In this document: piece after piece, positions 1-12,745 of the stretch
Layout of the letters: each line of letters starts with the position of its first letter
Numbering within the stretch: position 1 is the stretch's first letter
Origin: Eledone cirrhosa
Taxonomy: Eukaryota
Reading direction: 5' to 3'
Assembly: GCA_964016885.1 (NCBI GenBank)
Contig: OZ024743.1
Coordinates: forward strand, 143,468,001 to 143,532,000
DNA: 64,000 nt
Notes under the pieces: model-generated
The model's database searches: none
What the model was told of the DNA's origin: nothing
What the model saw: only the letters and a program-made list of their open reading frames with translations
Made by a program: the position numbers and the translations under genes

Positions 1-145
1 TCCATAGTTTTACCATAATGTATATTCACAATGAACTTATACTGAATTTTTAATGCAAATAGACCCTTGCTAAAGTCCCAGATTCTATTTTAATGATGTT
101 AATAAAACAAAAAATAAATATATGTATGTATGTGTATATATATAA

Positions 146-460
146 TTTTCTTATTCCTATTACGGTTACCTACCCATATTTATGTGTTCCATTCATTTAT
201 AGCAATTTTCCTGCCCTATATTGGCATGTAGATATTTCATCTTGCTTTTTTTTCCGTCTGTTTTCATCCCAAATAGATATCTTCTTTTAGATACTCTCGA
301 TGCATTGGTAGCAAATAGTCATTAGAAGCATCTGAAACTATAATGATACCCAGAAGACAACCGAAGAGCAGGACTTGTCTATGTGCTTGTCCCTTCCAAG
401 TTTTCTGTTTCCTATATGTGTCCCACATGTTTTTTTTTTTTAATGATATTATCATTGTAA
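146..460. repeat. Intronic ~300 bp segment, direct repeat of 4113-4420
   Basis: ttcttattcctattacggtta..., catgtagatatttcatcttg and gaagcatc(t/c)gaaactataatgat occur colinearly at both sites, with many substitutions. Confidence 0.8.
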
Positions 461-538
461 CTTACACAGCCTCATTTTGAAATCAAAACTGTTATTTACT
501 ACTACTGTGATTCTCTCCCTCTCTCTATCTATCTATCT

Positions 539-3385
539 AGGTCGTACCTAGATAGGTTCTTAGTTAGAATTAAGGATAAGGACTTTTTAAGTTGTCCAAA
601 AATGCGCATGGTTGGCTATTCAGACCACAAATTAGTGACCTGCATGGTCAACCTTGACAGAACTCATAGACAGGGCCCCGGTTACTGGAAGCTCAACTTG
701 TCCTTGCCGGCAAGTAGAGCCTACAGGAATCGGATTAGTACGTTAGTTAAGGAACGGTTGACTGGAGCGATCGTCAACAGCAGGTGGTGGGTATCTCTAA
801 AGAGAGAGATTAGAGTAGTCTCGATAGAATTTAGTAAGGTTCTAGCTGCGGATAGGAATAGGAAGGAAAGGGAGCTAATAGATAGAGTAGAAGAGGCAAT
901 TAGAAGCGGCGACGTGGCCAGAGTGCTAGCGTCGAGAACGGCTTTGAGCCAGTTTTTCGACGCGAAGCACGAAGGCTGCGTTGTCCGAAGTAAAATACGT
1001 GCTCTAGGGAACGAGGGGACCAAAGCTGTTAGCTGGGCCCGCGTGACAGAGGCCAACAGTGGAACTAAATCCACCATCCGGTCTTTGCGAGACCTGGATG
1101 GACGGGCGATTCTTGAGCCTAAGCAGATGTGTGAGGCCTTTCAAAGGCACTTTGCCCGACTGTTCGGGAGGGGCGGGGAGCCGGTTGGGAACGTGGACTT
1201 CGGTCCATACCTCAACGGCCTGCCGCGCCTCTCGGACAGGGAGGCGAAGTCCTGCGAGGAGCCGATTTCGGCCGCTGAGATAGAGGACGTGCTGAGCCAA
1301 TGCGGCAAACGCAAATCCCCGGGTCTCGATGGTCTTCCTTACGAATTATATCTAGCTATGCCGGACTTGTTCCCCGATCTCCTCGAGGTGGTCTACTGCA
1401 ACTGGCAACAGAACGGGAGAATTCCCTGTACTGTGACCAAGGGCGTAGTCACGCTAGTGAGGAAGGACGAGAACAAGGGGGACGAAATAAGTAACTTCAG
1501 GCCCATAACTCTGCTAAATACAGAGTTACAGATTTTGGCCAAGGTGCTAGCAAAGAGGTTGGCGCTTGTCGTGGGCAACCTGGTGGGAGATGCGCAGACA
1601 TGCGCTATCCCGTCCAGGTCCATCCGTGACAACCTCCACCTCATGCGATACATCATAGAGAGGGTTGGGAACGAACCCGGCTTTGGTGGGGCTCTGATCA
1701 ACTTGGATCAATCTAAGGCGTTCGATAGGGTCGACCATGGTTACCTGGATGCGGTGCTAGCGGCGGCAGGCTTCGGACCCGTTTTCAGGGGCTGGATCAC
1801 TGCTATGCACAGCAGCCGCATCTGCTCTAGGGTCAAGGTGAACGGCTACCTCTCGGAGCCGTTCAAAATCGCGCGGTCCATCCGACAAGGGTGCCCTCTC
1901 TCCTCCCTTCTGTATGTGTTGACTCTCGAGCCACTACTGCGGAAGTTGGAGTTGTTGCAGGGCATCCCTTTGGAACCGGGATTGCGGAAAGCGGTGTCGG
2001 CGTACGCCGATGACGTGACAGTAATGGTGTCGACGGCCTCCGAAATCGAGGCGGTCGGCACCTTACTGGAGGAGTACGAAAAGTTCACAGGGGCTAAGCT
2101 GAACCGGGACAAGTCGATCGGTTTGCAACTCGGCACGTGGAGGGGCAGACCGATGCCCTCCGATGGCGTTGTCGGACGCTGGACGGAGGGCCCGGTGAAG
2201 TTGCTCGGGGTCTGGTTCGGACCGGACCTCCAGGTGGAGAAAAACTGGGCGGAGGTTACGAACAGGGTGTTTGCACTGACCCAGAAGTGGGCCAGTTGCA
2301 AACTATCCCTGAAAGGTCGGGCGGAGGTGGCGAACACCTACATAGCGTCCGTCATCTACTACCGCCTGACCGTAGTGCCCTGCCCAAGGGAAACCCTCAC
2401 CAAGATGGAGCGTGCGCTCTTCCAATTCCTTTGGAAGAGGCGGGCTCCTATGGTGAGGAGATCCATCTGCTGTCAACACCCTTCGAAAGGAGGGCTGGGG
2501 ATGCCGTGGCTAATGATGCGTAAACACGCATTAAGGCTACGGCACCTCTACGTATTCCTCACCGGACAACCGGTGTGGGCCTCGTTTGTGAGACGAACCT
2601 TTCCCAGACTCGTCTCACTCACCGAGCTGCAATCCTGGGTCAAGCAAAGACCGAGAAAACTGGGCGCCTGGCACACTGAGTGTGCCCAAGCGCTCACCGC
2701 CCTCTGGCAGGCGGATCCGGTTATCAGTGGAGACTCCACCGCAACATTCTATAGAGGGCTGGTACGCAGCAGGTGCGACGACGCCCTCGGAGAAGCCCTA
2801 GACATGGAGGAGGACGAACTGGCCAGCCTGTTCGGTAGGACATTCAGCCCGGGACCTATGGACAACTTCCAGAAGTCCCTGGCCTGGCAGTGCTACCGAG
2901 GAGCTTTACCCGTTCGAGAAAGGCTCTACAGACACGGGCGCCCGGGTAGGGACCCCGCCAAAAAGATCTGTCCCAGATGCGTGTGCGACGAGGAAACCGT
3001 TGCACACGCATTGGTACACTGCTCGGGCGTAGCCGATCTGTGGGGCTATGTCGAACAACTGCTGTCAAGGGTGGGACCGATCCGGTTGACCACCGAGTCT
3101 ATTGTAATGATCAAGCCGCCTCCCCCCTTCAAAGATGAAGCAGAGGCGGTGTTTCTGTGCGTAATAGCCATGGCGAAAGAGGTTGTATGGTGGACGCGTC
3201 TGAAAGGACTGAGGTCAGGCACCTTTCTCTCTGGCCAACAACTGGTCCGTTTCTTCCGATATCATTTCGGAAGAAAGATCAGGATGGAGAGAGAGGTGCT
3301 GCACCCCAGTCGTTTTTATGAAAGGTGGGTGAAAGTGGCGAGAATGGCCCGTGTGAATGGGCCTTCTCTTTACATAAGCCTGTAG
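539..3385 (+). CDS. LINE ORF2 (end of APE endonuclease, reverse transcriptase, C-terminal CCHC finger); N-terminus lost
   Basis: Frame is open from 539 (SYLDRFLV...SDH, GPGYWKLN). RT motifs KSPGLDG, FRPITLLN, LDQSKAFDRV, RQGCPLS, YADD; finger CPRC..ETVAHALVHC. Confidence 0.9.
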   Translation, partial: RSYLDRFLVRIKDKDFLSCPKMRMVGYSDHKLVTCMVNLDRTHRQGPGYWKLNLSLPASRAYRNRISTLVKERLTGAIVNSRWWVSLKREIRVVSIEFSKVLAADRNRKERELIDRVEEAIRSGDVARVLASRTALSQFFDAKHEGCVVRSKIRALGNEGTKAVSWARVTEANSGTKSTIRSLRDLDGRAILEPKQMCEAFQRHFARLFGRGGEPVGNVDFGPYLNGLPRLSDREAKSCEEPISAAEIEDVLSQCGKRKSPGLDGLPYELYLAMPDLFPDLLEVVYCNWQQNGRIPCTVTKGVVTLVRKDENKGDEISNFRPITLLNTELQILAKVLAKRLALVVGNLVGDAQTCAIPSRSIRDNLHLMRYIIERVGNEPGFGGALINLDQSKAFDRVDHGYLDAVLAAAGFGPVFRGWITAMHSSRICSRVKVNGYLSEPFKIARSIRQGCPLSSLLYVLTLEPLLRKLELLQGIPLEPGLRKAVSAYADDVTVMVSTASEIEAVGTLLEEYEKFTGAKLNRDKSIGLQLGTWRGRPMPSDGVVGRWTEGPVKLLGVWFGPDLQVEKNWAEVTNRVFALTQKWASCKLSLKGRAEVANTYIASVIYYRLTVVPCPRETLTKMERALFQFLWKRRAPMVRRSICCQHPSKGGLGMPWLMMRKHALRLRHLYVFLTGQPVWASFVRRTFPRLVSLTELQSWVKQRPRKLGAWHTECAQALTALWQADPVISGDSTATFYRGLVRSRCDDALGEALDMEEDELASLFGRTFSPGPMDNFQKSLAWQCYRGALPVRERLYRHGRPGRDPAKKICPRCVCDEETVAHALVHCSGVADLWGYVEQLLSRVGPIRLTTESIVMIKPPPPFKDEAEAVFLCVIAMAKEVVWWTRLKGLRSGTFLSGQQLVRFFRYHFGRKIRMEREVLHPSRFYERWVKVARMARVNGPSLYISL

Positions 3386-3700
3386 GTGGAAAAGAGGAAG
3401 GAACGAGGGAGCACCCCCTCTCTGTGCTCCTGAGGAAAAGGGTTGCACACTTTTTTCGGGGGTGTGTGCGACCCCCCAAGGCGCCTCCTCTCTATTGAGG
3501 ATTTTGTTATAAATTTTATTTTTTGTTATATTTTATAACAAAATCCTCTGAGGATTTTGTTATAATTCTATTTTTTGTTATATTTTATTTTATTTTTATA
3601 TATTGTTATTGCCTCCTCCCTATTGAGGACGCCTTGTTTTGTAAACTCCCCCCATTGTACTTGTCCCACTTTTGATGCCCTTGTGGCAAATAAAAGAAAC
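539..3700 (+). mobile_element. Tx1/L1-clade non-LTR retrotransposon, 5'-truncated, young
   Basis: GC-rich block with an uninterrupted ORF2; ends in AATAAAAGAAAC; flanked on both sides by (TATC)n. Confidence 0.9.
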
Positions 3701-3870
3701 ATATCTATCTATCTCTCCCTCTATATCCATTTATCTATCTTTATTTTTTCCTCTCTATCAGTTCTCAATACTACCCTACCTACCAACTTCCCTTTTAAGC
3801 CTCTGTCTCATTTTTTTGTGATTCGACTACTGACCTGGTCAGTTCACTTTGCCACATCTCTAGCCTTTAA

Positions 3871-4068
3871 CCCTTTAGCATTTACATTACTCTATTTTTA
3901 CTAGTGTATTTTCACAGTAAACACATTATCTCAAATAATATCAAATCTACGAGATTTTGATATTATTTATTTTGAGAACAATACTTTAAAATAAGTACGA
4001 GCAGCTGGTTACAACCGGTTTGAACAGAAAGAAGTGAGATAATTCTGGTCAGTTTAGATACTAAAGGG
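3871..4068. mobile_element. piggyBac-type MITE
   Basis: TTAA|CCCTTTAGCA...CTAAAGGG|TTAA; same family at 36592-36806 and 45540-45743. Confidence 0.75.
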
Positions 4069-4457
4069 TTAATATTAGTTCCAGAGTGATTGCTCAAACT
4101 GATTTGTATTAATTTCTTATTCCTATTACGGTTATCTACCCACATTTGTGTATTGCATTCATTTATAATAATTATCCTGTCCCATATCGGCATGTAGATA
4201 TTTCATCTTGTTAGTTTGTCCAATGTCCATTTTGTTTTTATCCCAAATAAATATCTTCCTTTAGATAATATTGATGCACTGGTGGTGAATAATCCTGTCT
4301 TTGGAAGCATCCGAAACTATAATGATCTGCAGAAAACAACCGAGGAGGGGAATTGTGCATGTCCTTGTCTCTTTTGAGTTTTCTGTTTCCTGTATATGTT
4401 ACACATGTTTTTTAATGAGATGCATATATATATATATATTTTTTTTTTTTTTTCTAG

Positions 4458-4613
4458 GTAGCTGGTTTAACCATGTTGGCTGTTGGGGTATACACAGCAA
4501 AATATGGGACCAATGTAGCAGCCAATTACATACAAGCTAGGTTGGGAAAACCATCACTGATTCGAGAAACATCTCGGTTTTCATTAACAGAAACCATTAA
4601 ACATCCTGTTAAA
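4458..4613 (+). CDS. ATAD3: ATAD3 coding exon (transmembrane segment region)
   Basis: ag|[52 protein letters not shown]|gt; resembles ATAD3A VAGLTLLAVGVYSAK...[14 protein letters not shown]. Confidence 0.95.
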
Positions 4614-4763
4614 GTAAGCAACATTTATCAATTAGTGTCTTTTTATCCATTATTCTTTTTCTGTTTTCAGTCAATAGACTGTGATTCATACTGGGGTACT
4701 ACCTTGAAGTGATTTAGTGAAACATATTCACCCCCAGAACTTTAACAGTCTGGTATCTATTTC

Positions 4764-4801
<38 letters not shown>

Positions 4802-5235
4802 CAATCTTTTACAATATGGGACATAAACAAACACACACACACACAATATATATAGGGTTGAGAGGATGCTTTAGTGTGTCAAGGGCACGACAGCCTCACT
4901 AGTCCTAGTGGCCTACACGATAAATGCATCTAGCTATAGAAAACTTGCCAAACAAAGGGCCAAGAAGACTCTTCAGCTACATCAAACACATGACAACTTC
5001 CTTAATGTTGATGCCACGATAAAATGAGCTTGGTTAAAGGCTTCACTTGAGTACTGACATGTCCAACTCTTTAAATGGTGAGATTATATAATGACAAGCT
5101 TCCGGATGATTTCAGTTTACATAATTTGAATCATAAGGCATTGATCGATTCAATGCTATAGTAGAAGACACTTGCCTGAGGTGCCCTGAAGTGGATCCTA
5201 AACTTAATCTGAAGTTCTGAAATGAAAAATTATCA

Positions 5236-5720
5236 TTCATCATCATCATTTAATGTCTATTTTCCATGCTTGCATGAGTTAAGCAGGTTGTCACATTATC
5301 AGACAAGTTAGGTCAGGTGACTATGTCTTGCTAATATGGAACTGTTTCTGGCTTGGTTTCTATGGCTAGATGCTCTTCCTAACACCAACCATATCTCAGT
5401 GTGGACTGGGTGTATTTTATCATGGCACCAAAATGACCATTTAATTGAGTAGACTGGTTGCTTTTTCATTGTGGCGCTAGGAGGACTGTGTGCTTTTTAG
5501 TCATGTCACCAGCACTGACACCTTACAGATTGAACTGGGAGCTTTTTGTCATGTCACAGGCACAATCATTACAGGGTGAACTGGGTGTTTTTGTCATTTG
5601 GCTAACACAACCACCTTACAGGGTGGGTTGAGTAGTTTGTTGTTTCACCAGCATGACAGCCTCATAGCATGGAATGGGTGCTTTTTGTTGTCATCAGCAC
5701 AATCACCTTACAATGGTTTT
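5236..5720 (-). repeat. RTE 3' tail with an expanded array of ~37-nt subrepeats
   Basis: (CAT)n tail, tttccatgcttgcatg, ctaacaccaacc, then repeated actgggtgctttttgtcatg-like units. Confidence 0.65.
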
Positions 5721-6575
5721 TGTTGTGGTGGCAGAACTGTGGGTTAGCAGGTTTGGAGTGTGTCCAACTTTCCATTCTTGTATGTATGGGTTGGACAGGA
5801 GGTGTATCAGATGTGGAAGAGGAAAAGAATGAAACAAGTATACAGGCTAGTAATACACTGATCTTTTTTAGACTAGTATCCTCATCATCATCATTTTTGG
5901 TTGTTTTAATCACAATGTTTTGGTTGTTGTACTCTCTAGCCTTCTTTAGGTGCCTATTATATTTTTTAATCATCATTATCATTTTCCCTGCTAGCAAAAG
6001 TTGAACAGATCACCATAGGACATGTCAGTACTTAATCAGAGCCACTAAATCGGGGGAATTTCAAACGAGTTTGATTTTATTCTTTCAAGTTTGCCATTTG
6101 TCTCCTGCTTTTTAGACTAGGTGCACTATATCCCTGCATGTTGTAAGAGGTGACTAAAAGGGTTGACATCAGGGAGGGCATCCAGCTGTAAAACATTAAA
6201 ACATCCCATCCAACCCATGCTAATATGGAAAAGTGTACATAAAACTGAATGGTGATGAAGTTTCAATCAGTTTTGAAAAAATTTCATACAAGTTGGAGAC
6301 TGCAAAAAAGTAATAGTGCAGACATGTGGGGAAGTTTGTTCTTGTGCCGCATAAACAATACATCACACAGCTTACCTGTTTGATAAAACTCAGCAGTATA
6401 TACCTTATAAAGTATAGAGTGGCATCAGAAGGGCATCCAACCATAGAAAATCTGACACAAAAAGTTTTGTTCAATCAATACCAACATGGAAAAGTTGACA
6501 TAAAAACAATGACAATAATATCCCAAGTATTCTGAAATTTTCTTATTTATCAATCTTTCTTTTAATTATTTTCAG

Positions 6576-6632
6576 ACTTACAAACGTATTGCAAGCAAAG
6601 CAGAAGATTCTTTAAAAGGTATTGTATTACAA
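6576..6632 (+). CDS. ATAD3: ATAD3 coding exon
   Basis: cag|TYKRIASKAEDSLKGIVLQ|gtaagt, phase 0, fits between neighbouring exons. Confidence 0.9.
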
Positions 6633-8033
6633 GTAAGTGAAGTAGCTTTTTTTTTTTTTTTTTTTTTGTGAAGACATGGACACCATAAGCTGAGCGGGAG
6701 CAACCTATATGGGTGAGCAGTCACTCTGAATCAAAACCGATACAATATAGAGGTGACATACAAATCTTGACAAATAAACCTTTCTAGTACTGGTATGATG
6801 ATAAAATGCACTCAATTCACACAGTAAAGTGGTTGGTGATAGAAATGGTATCCAGCTAGTTAAGTCATGCTAAAACTATGAAAAGAACAACTAAACCAAT
6901 CATCATCAAACATGAAAAAACAGACATAAAAATGATGTCAACATGAAAATATTGAATGTAAAATATATATTTCCACAGCTAGTGCATGATACATATAACC
7001 CTGCTGTTTTGTGTGTTTGTGTTTATATGTTGTATTAACCAGATAAAAGGTAAATATTATCCTGGACAGTACACTCTGTAAAGTGGTTGGTGCTAGGAAG
7101 GACATCCAACTGTAGAATTCATGCTAAAATCGGAATGTATGAGTGAGATACTGTCCTCCAATCTGCCTGGAAGAGAAGTAACTCCAAATAAGCACTGACT
7201 CAGTCTGTATTGACTGGTGTAGCCTATACCAGTTTGGAAATTGGATATCTGATAATGTTGGTGGCAATGACAGCAATACATTGGCCAGTTTCACATGTCA
7301 TTCCCAGACTCCTGAAGTCACAAGAAACTGAAGCAGAATTTTATTCAACCAAATACATTAACTAGTACTGAACTACATGAAACCTTATTAGCAAAATATT
7401 CTTCAAAGGTATAAAATAACACTATGACTGTATCACATTAAAATGGAAGTTTTTACTCTAATACTGTGGTTTTTATAACAATCTGCTCACTAGTAAAGAA
7501 TAAGCATTTGAATTAACAAACCCATTTTTAGATATTTTCTACTAAATTATTTACAATATGCTAAGAGCCAGTCTGGTCAAAACTTCCTCGGGTTCTATGA
7601 AGCAGAACTACTCTTCTGTCATAACTTAATATAAGCGTTTGTTAAATTATCTTACATAATAATAAAATAAAAATGTTAGTAAATCCCTTCAAATTCTTCA
7701 TTAATTAATTCTAATACATTATATTTCATAAGAAATATGGTAATGAAAGAATTAAGAAACACTTGCTGTGGGTTTGAACTCAAAACCTTATCAGGTGTGT
7801 GTCATATATGATTATCCCTTCAGAGTCAATAAAATATAAAGTTTTGCTAGATATTTAATCAACTATAACTTCTTTAAAAAAAATTGTTGAGTGTAAAATA
7901 TTATTTTGATGTTATAAATATTGGCAGAATCATTAGAGCATTGGACAAAATTCCTTGTATCTAGTAATGACTCTTTGTGCTCTGGGGTCCAATTTTGACA
8001 CCAAACTGTCTGAAACCATCTCTTGTTCTAGGA

Positions 8034-8583
8034 CACAGGTTCTCAACCCTGTCCCTCGAAATCACGAAACGCCCCCCCCCCCCCCCTATTTTTCCATTTT
8101 TCAATATACTACTGATTTTTATATCAGTAGATTACTAAAAAATTGATTAACAATATTCCAAAGATGTGTGTATTACCTGCTTATATGTTGTATGTGGTCC
8201 TAGATGTGTGTACTACTCGCTTCTGTTTTTTCTTTTCTTTTTTTTTTTATTTGTAATATTATTTATACAATAGGGAATAAAATAGATCTACATACTGTTA
8301 ACTCATTGCGGTTGAGTCAATAAGTTCAGACTTGAACTACATTGTTATCGGTGAAAGAAAGACAAGATTCTAACTGGCTGCACTCAAAGTGTCTTTGACC
8401 CAGTTGACTGGGTTTTTCCATTTTTAGGATCTCAATTACCGGTTGTAAAGACATACAAATATGGCTTATAAAACTTACCAAAATAAAGAGCCTTCCAGCG
8501 CCCCCTAACTCCTCTCCCCCAGCTCCAAACGCCCCCCGGGGGTGCATATGCGCCCCCACCCCCACCCCCGTTGAAAACCTTTG
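8034..8583. mobile_element. hAT (Charlie-like) MITE
   Basis: TIRs CACAGGTTCTCAAC / GTTGAAAACCTTTG; 8-bp TSD TTCTAGGA on both sides. Confidence 0.85.
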
Positions 8584-9139
8584 TTCTAGGATATTTAGCT
8601 GATTATTTTAAAGTGTTTATCATCATTGTCATCACCATTTTTACGTCTATTTTCCATGCTTGAACGACTTGTCACATTCTGAGGCCAGATAAGTCAGATG
8701 ACTGTGTTCCTCTCGCATGTTCTATTTTTTGGTTTCATTTCTATGGCTCAATGCTCTTCCTAATGCCAAGCACATCTTGGCATGTACCAAGTACATTTTA
8801 TCATGACACCACCACTACCAACCACCTGACAGGGTGGACTGGGTGCTTTTTATTGTGGTACCGCATTTCAACACTAGGGCACTCATTGTGTCCAGCTAGG
8901 CTGGGAAGTTAGTTAGAGGAGGTGGGGGTAGGCTATATGTTGCTTGTTGAGGAAAGAGCTGAGGGTTAAAGTGAAGTTAAAGACTGATGTCTGTGGTACA
9001 TTGTGGTGTTCAATGTTGGCATGGTTGAGCATGTAGCTGGGTATTCAAGAAGGGGATGTTCATCCACCTTTTCATGCTGATATGGTTTGGATAAGGGGGT
9101 AGGGAATAATAGGGAGGTTAGATAGTAATGTAAAAGGCA

Positions 9140-9146
9140 TATATAT

Positions 9147-9189
<43 letters not shown>

Positions 9190-9363
9190 TATATATATAC
9201 ACACATATATATATATATATATACACACATATATATATATATATATACACACATATATATATATATATACACACACACATATATATATATATACACATAT
9301 ATATATATACATACACACATATATATATATATATATATACATACATATATATATGTATATATA
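9140..9363. repeat. Compound (TA)n/(CA)n microsatellite
   Basis: Direct inspection. Confidence 0.95.
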
Positions 9364-9532
9364 TTTTCTTTAGGTCGTTTAGGAAACCTCATCAATGCAT
9401 ATGGGTAATTCTGCGGGTAACAAGATCCAGTGGTGGAGAGAGAGATGTAAGTGAATGTAGATTGAGATGAATACCCCAGATATTCAAAACAACGAACAGC
9501 AGGGGACACATTTTGCACCTTTCCGACAGACA

Positions 9533-10385
9533 ATCTAGTTTTCTAAGAGCCCACCAGATTATAGTACGAGGAACTCTGTCAAAGGCTTTCTCCAGATCGA
9601 CGAATGCCAGGTAGAGTGGCTTACTTTTAGCTAGGTACTTTTCCTGTAACTGCCTCACAAGGAAGAGGGCATCAGTGGTGCTTCTTCCTGGTACAAACCC
9701 AAATTGCATCTCATCTAGTTTCACCCGGTCCCTAATCAACTGTGCTATAACTCTTTCTGTTACTTTCATGACCTGGTCCATCAGCTTTATACCTCTATAG
9801 TTTCCTCTATCTAGTGCATCACCTTTACCTTTGTAGCAGTTGACAATGATGCTACTGCACCAATCCTTTGGTATGACACCTTCTAGTATTACCTGGTTAA
9901 CAATACGTGTGGTTATAGTTTGACCTACCGACCCAGATGCCTTCAGCATCTCGGCAGCTATACCCAATGGACCAGTTGCCTTCCCCGTCTTCATATCTTT
10001 GATTGCCTTACTACACTGCTGTTGACTTGTACTGCCGACCCCTCTATAGGGTCTACTTGGGGTAGGGTCTCTTCTTCCCATGCATTCTCCTCATTTAGTA
10101 ATCTATCATAATGGCTCTTCCAAACATCTTTCTTCTCAGCACTTGTGAGGGCAAGCTCACCTTTATCATTCCGGATACACTTCTCTCCAATGACATCACA
10201 ATTCTCTCTGACACACTGCCTCGCAATCTTGAACACCTCCTGTTTCTGGTCCTCACGTTGCAAAACATGCTTGAATTTTCTATCCTCTGCTTCCCTCCTA
10301 GCTAAGTATACTTGTCGCCTAGCTTCCTGTAATGTACCCTGCTTCCCCTGTTCTTCTATTCTTTCCATGCCTGTCTCTTGGCCTT
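9533..10385 (-). mobile_element. RTE LINE internal fragment (RT N-terminal part)
   Basis: NYRGIKLMDQVMK, QFGFVPGRSTTDA, AFVDLEKAFDRVPR. Confidence 0.85.
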
Positions 10386-11192
10386 AACTGCCAATGACAA
10401 TGTAAATGTTGAAAAGCAGTGTTTCATCATCATTATCATCATTTTATGTCTGCATATCCCTGCTTGCAAGGGTGGGATGGGTCCTATTCAGCACAGCATC
10501 TCTCCATTCATCCCGGTCCTTCGTCATCTCCTCTGCGAGCTTCAGCGATCTGAGATCAGCTCTCACCACCTCCGCCTATGTTTTACGTGGCCTTCTGCCA
10601 TTCTGAGTTCAAATCCCGCCGAGGTTAACTTTGCCTTTCATCCTTACGGGGTCGATAAAATAAAGTACCAGTAATACACTGGGTAATTGCTGGCCTTGTG
10701 CCTAACGTAGAAACAATTATTGTAAAATAATCACTCCAGATATTTTCACACCTTATTTACATAGAATTTGAAGTTGATGAAAATCATCAAAATATTGACC
10801 CCGAATATAAGTTGCCACCCCCATTTTACCATTAATTGTTTGGTCACATATTCCTTGGTTTATATTCGAGTATATATTTATATATATATATATCTAGTGT
10901 GAATGTGATTCACTCAGTGTACATCTTCCCATTTAACACCACTTTATGTGGTGGTGTTTATGTCCTATATAAACAATATCACCTGCAGCCCATTGGAATT
11001 TAAAAAAATCAGTAAGGATCAGCATAAGGAAGGGCATCTTGCCATAAAATACTGCCTCAAAATGTTTCATCTAACTCATGCCTGCAGGGAAAAAAATCTA
11101 ACAATAACCTTGGGTTCTAGGTCCATAAACCACTGTTGTTGTTTTTAAATTATATAACTATGGTATTAATTTCTAGTTTTATTCTTTGACAG

Positions 11193-11318
11193 CCTGATTT
11201 AGAAAGACGACTTCGTGATATTGCTATTGCTACAAAATACACAAAAAAAAACAAAGGTTACTATCGGAACTTGCTCATGTATGGCCCACCAGGAACTGGC
11301 AAAACAATGTTTGCTAAG
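11193..11318 (+). CDS. ATAD3: ATAD3 coding exon (Walker A)
   Basis: ag|[42 protein letters not shown]|gt. Confidence 0.97.
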
Positions 11319-12208
11319 GTAAAAGCATTTTAATTTCTTTTGTTTTTGTTTTTTTCAGCATTGTCTCTTTCCGTTACTCTTTTACTATCCTCTTGTGTCA
11401 CTCTGCTTGCCCATTACGCACTCGCTCCCCTTATTCACTCACCATAGTTTTTTTTCTGTCATCACTATTGCAAGACCTCTTGGTTGTATTGCCTTAAATA
11501 AATTAAGGTACTGTAGAATAATGAAGACTCTTTAGTCTTGCAGAGTACAAAGCAACTTCACTTATGCACCCAGAACACTATGTAAAATGGTTGGCAAACA
11601 ATGGTTGGAGATAAGATAAGTTTGAGAGAAGATTTTAATTTGAAAAAGCACAGGATAACCTCACTAGTACTGGTACTGTGATAAAATGCACCCACTACAC
11701 TCTGTAAAGTAGTTGCCATTAAGAGGGAAATGTAGCTGTAGAAACCATGGTAAAAAATATAACATACTAGCAAAATGTAATCACTCAACCCATCTAAATG
11801 TGCTGTAACTCCAAATAAGAATTCACTCAGTCACAACTCCATTAACTACAATCCATGGAATATTCATCTGGTATGTGGTAACCTCTTCTATACATCTAAA
11901 AATATTGCTGTTTATTAAGTATTATGTGCTTTAACTAAAGAACATAATGATAGAGTTAAATGCTTCACTATTCATCACATAGTCCCTATTCAAACTTTAT
12001 TTCAACCTTTGTATTATGCAAATCACACATTTCTGCTCACCTCAATTTGCCTGTCTATCAATAGTCTCTAAGGTTTTATAGATAAAATTATTTTATGAAT
12101 AGTGTTTTTGACAGTGTATACATTTACAAAATATCATGCCATCCATTGAAAATGAGTATAAGACAGTTTAAAAGAAATATTTTAAACTTATCACATTCTG
12201 AATTTCAG

Positions 12209-12333
12209 AGTCTTGCTGAACATTCTGGAATGGACTATGCCATCATGACTGGAGGTGATGTAGCTCCAATGGGCCGAGAAGGTGTCACAGCTATGCATAA
12301 AGTATTTGACTGGGCTAAAACCAGCAAGAGAGG
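12209..12333 (+). CDS. ATAD3: ATAD3 coding exon
   Basis: ag|[42 protein letters not shown]|gt. Confidence 0.97.
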
Positions 12334-12457
12334 GTAATTTCTTGATTGCTTATCTTTGTTACATTTTTAACATACATAATATAATGATGATAGTCAAAAC
12401 TATGTTGATGTGTTTATATAAAAAGAATATAAATGGTGAAATTTAGAAAAACTTTGA

Positions 12458-12745
12458 TTTTACTGGAGCTAACTGTCACTTGAGATGAAAGGATATTGGA
12501 GGTACAAGGAAAAGAGAAGGCCACCAGGAAGTTGATGGAGGGCTAACTGCAAGCCAGTGGAGGTGAGCAATCAAGAGTTTGCAGGTCATTCACTTAATAC
12601 GGTTTACAAAGCTCTGGGCATTGCAGGAATGAGCAAGAGAAGAGCCATCAAAAACAGTGTGGCAGCATCAGAGAGGACATCTATATGGCTCTGGCTGAAA
12701 AGAAGTGATTGGGGAGGTCACTAGAATACCACTTGGAAACAAGCT
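12458..12745 (+). mobile_element. HERO/NeSL-type non-LTR relic (restriction-like endonuclease end)
   Basis: LLELTV...KPVEVSNQEFAGHSLNTVYKALGIAGMSKRRAIK...SERTSIWLWLKR. Confidence 0.6.

Noticed and set aside
721-2739. Antisense and alternate-frame ORFs within the Tx1 element
   Set aside because: By-products of GC-rich coding sequence
5400-5720. CRISPR-like regularly spaced repeats
   Set aside because: Degenerate tandem subunits of the RTE 3' UTR in a eukaryote; no unique spacers and no cas genes
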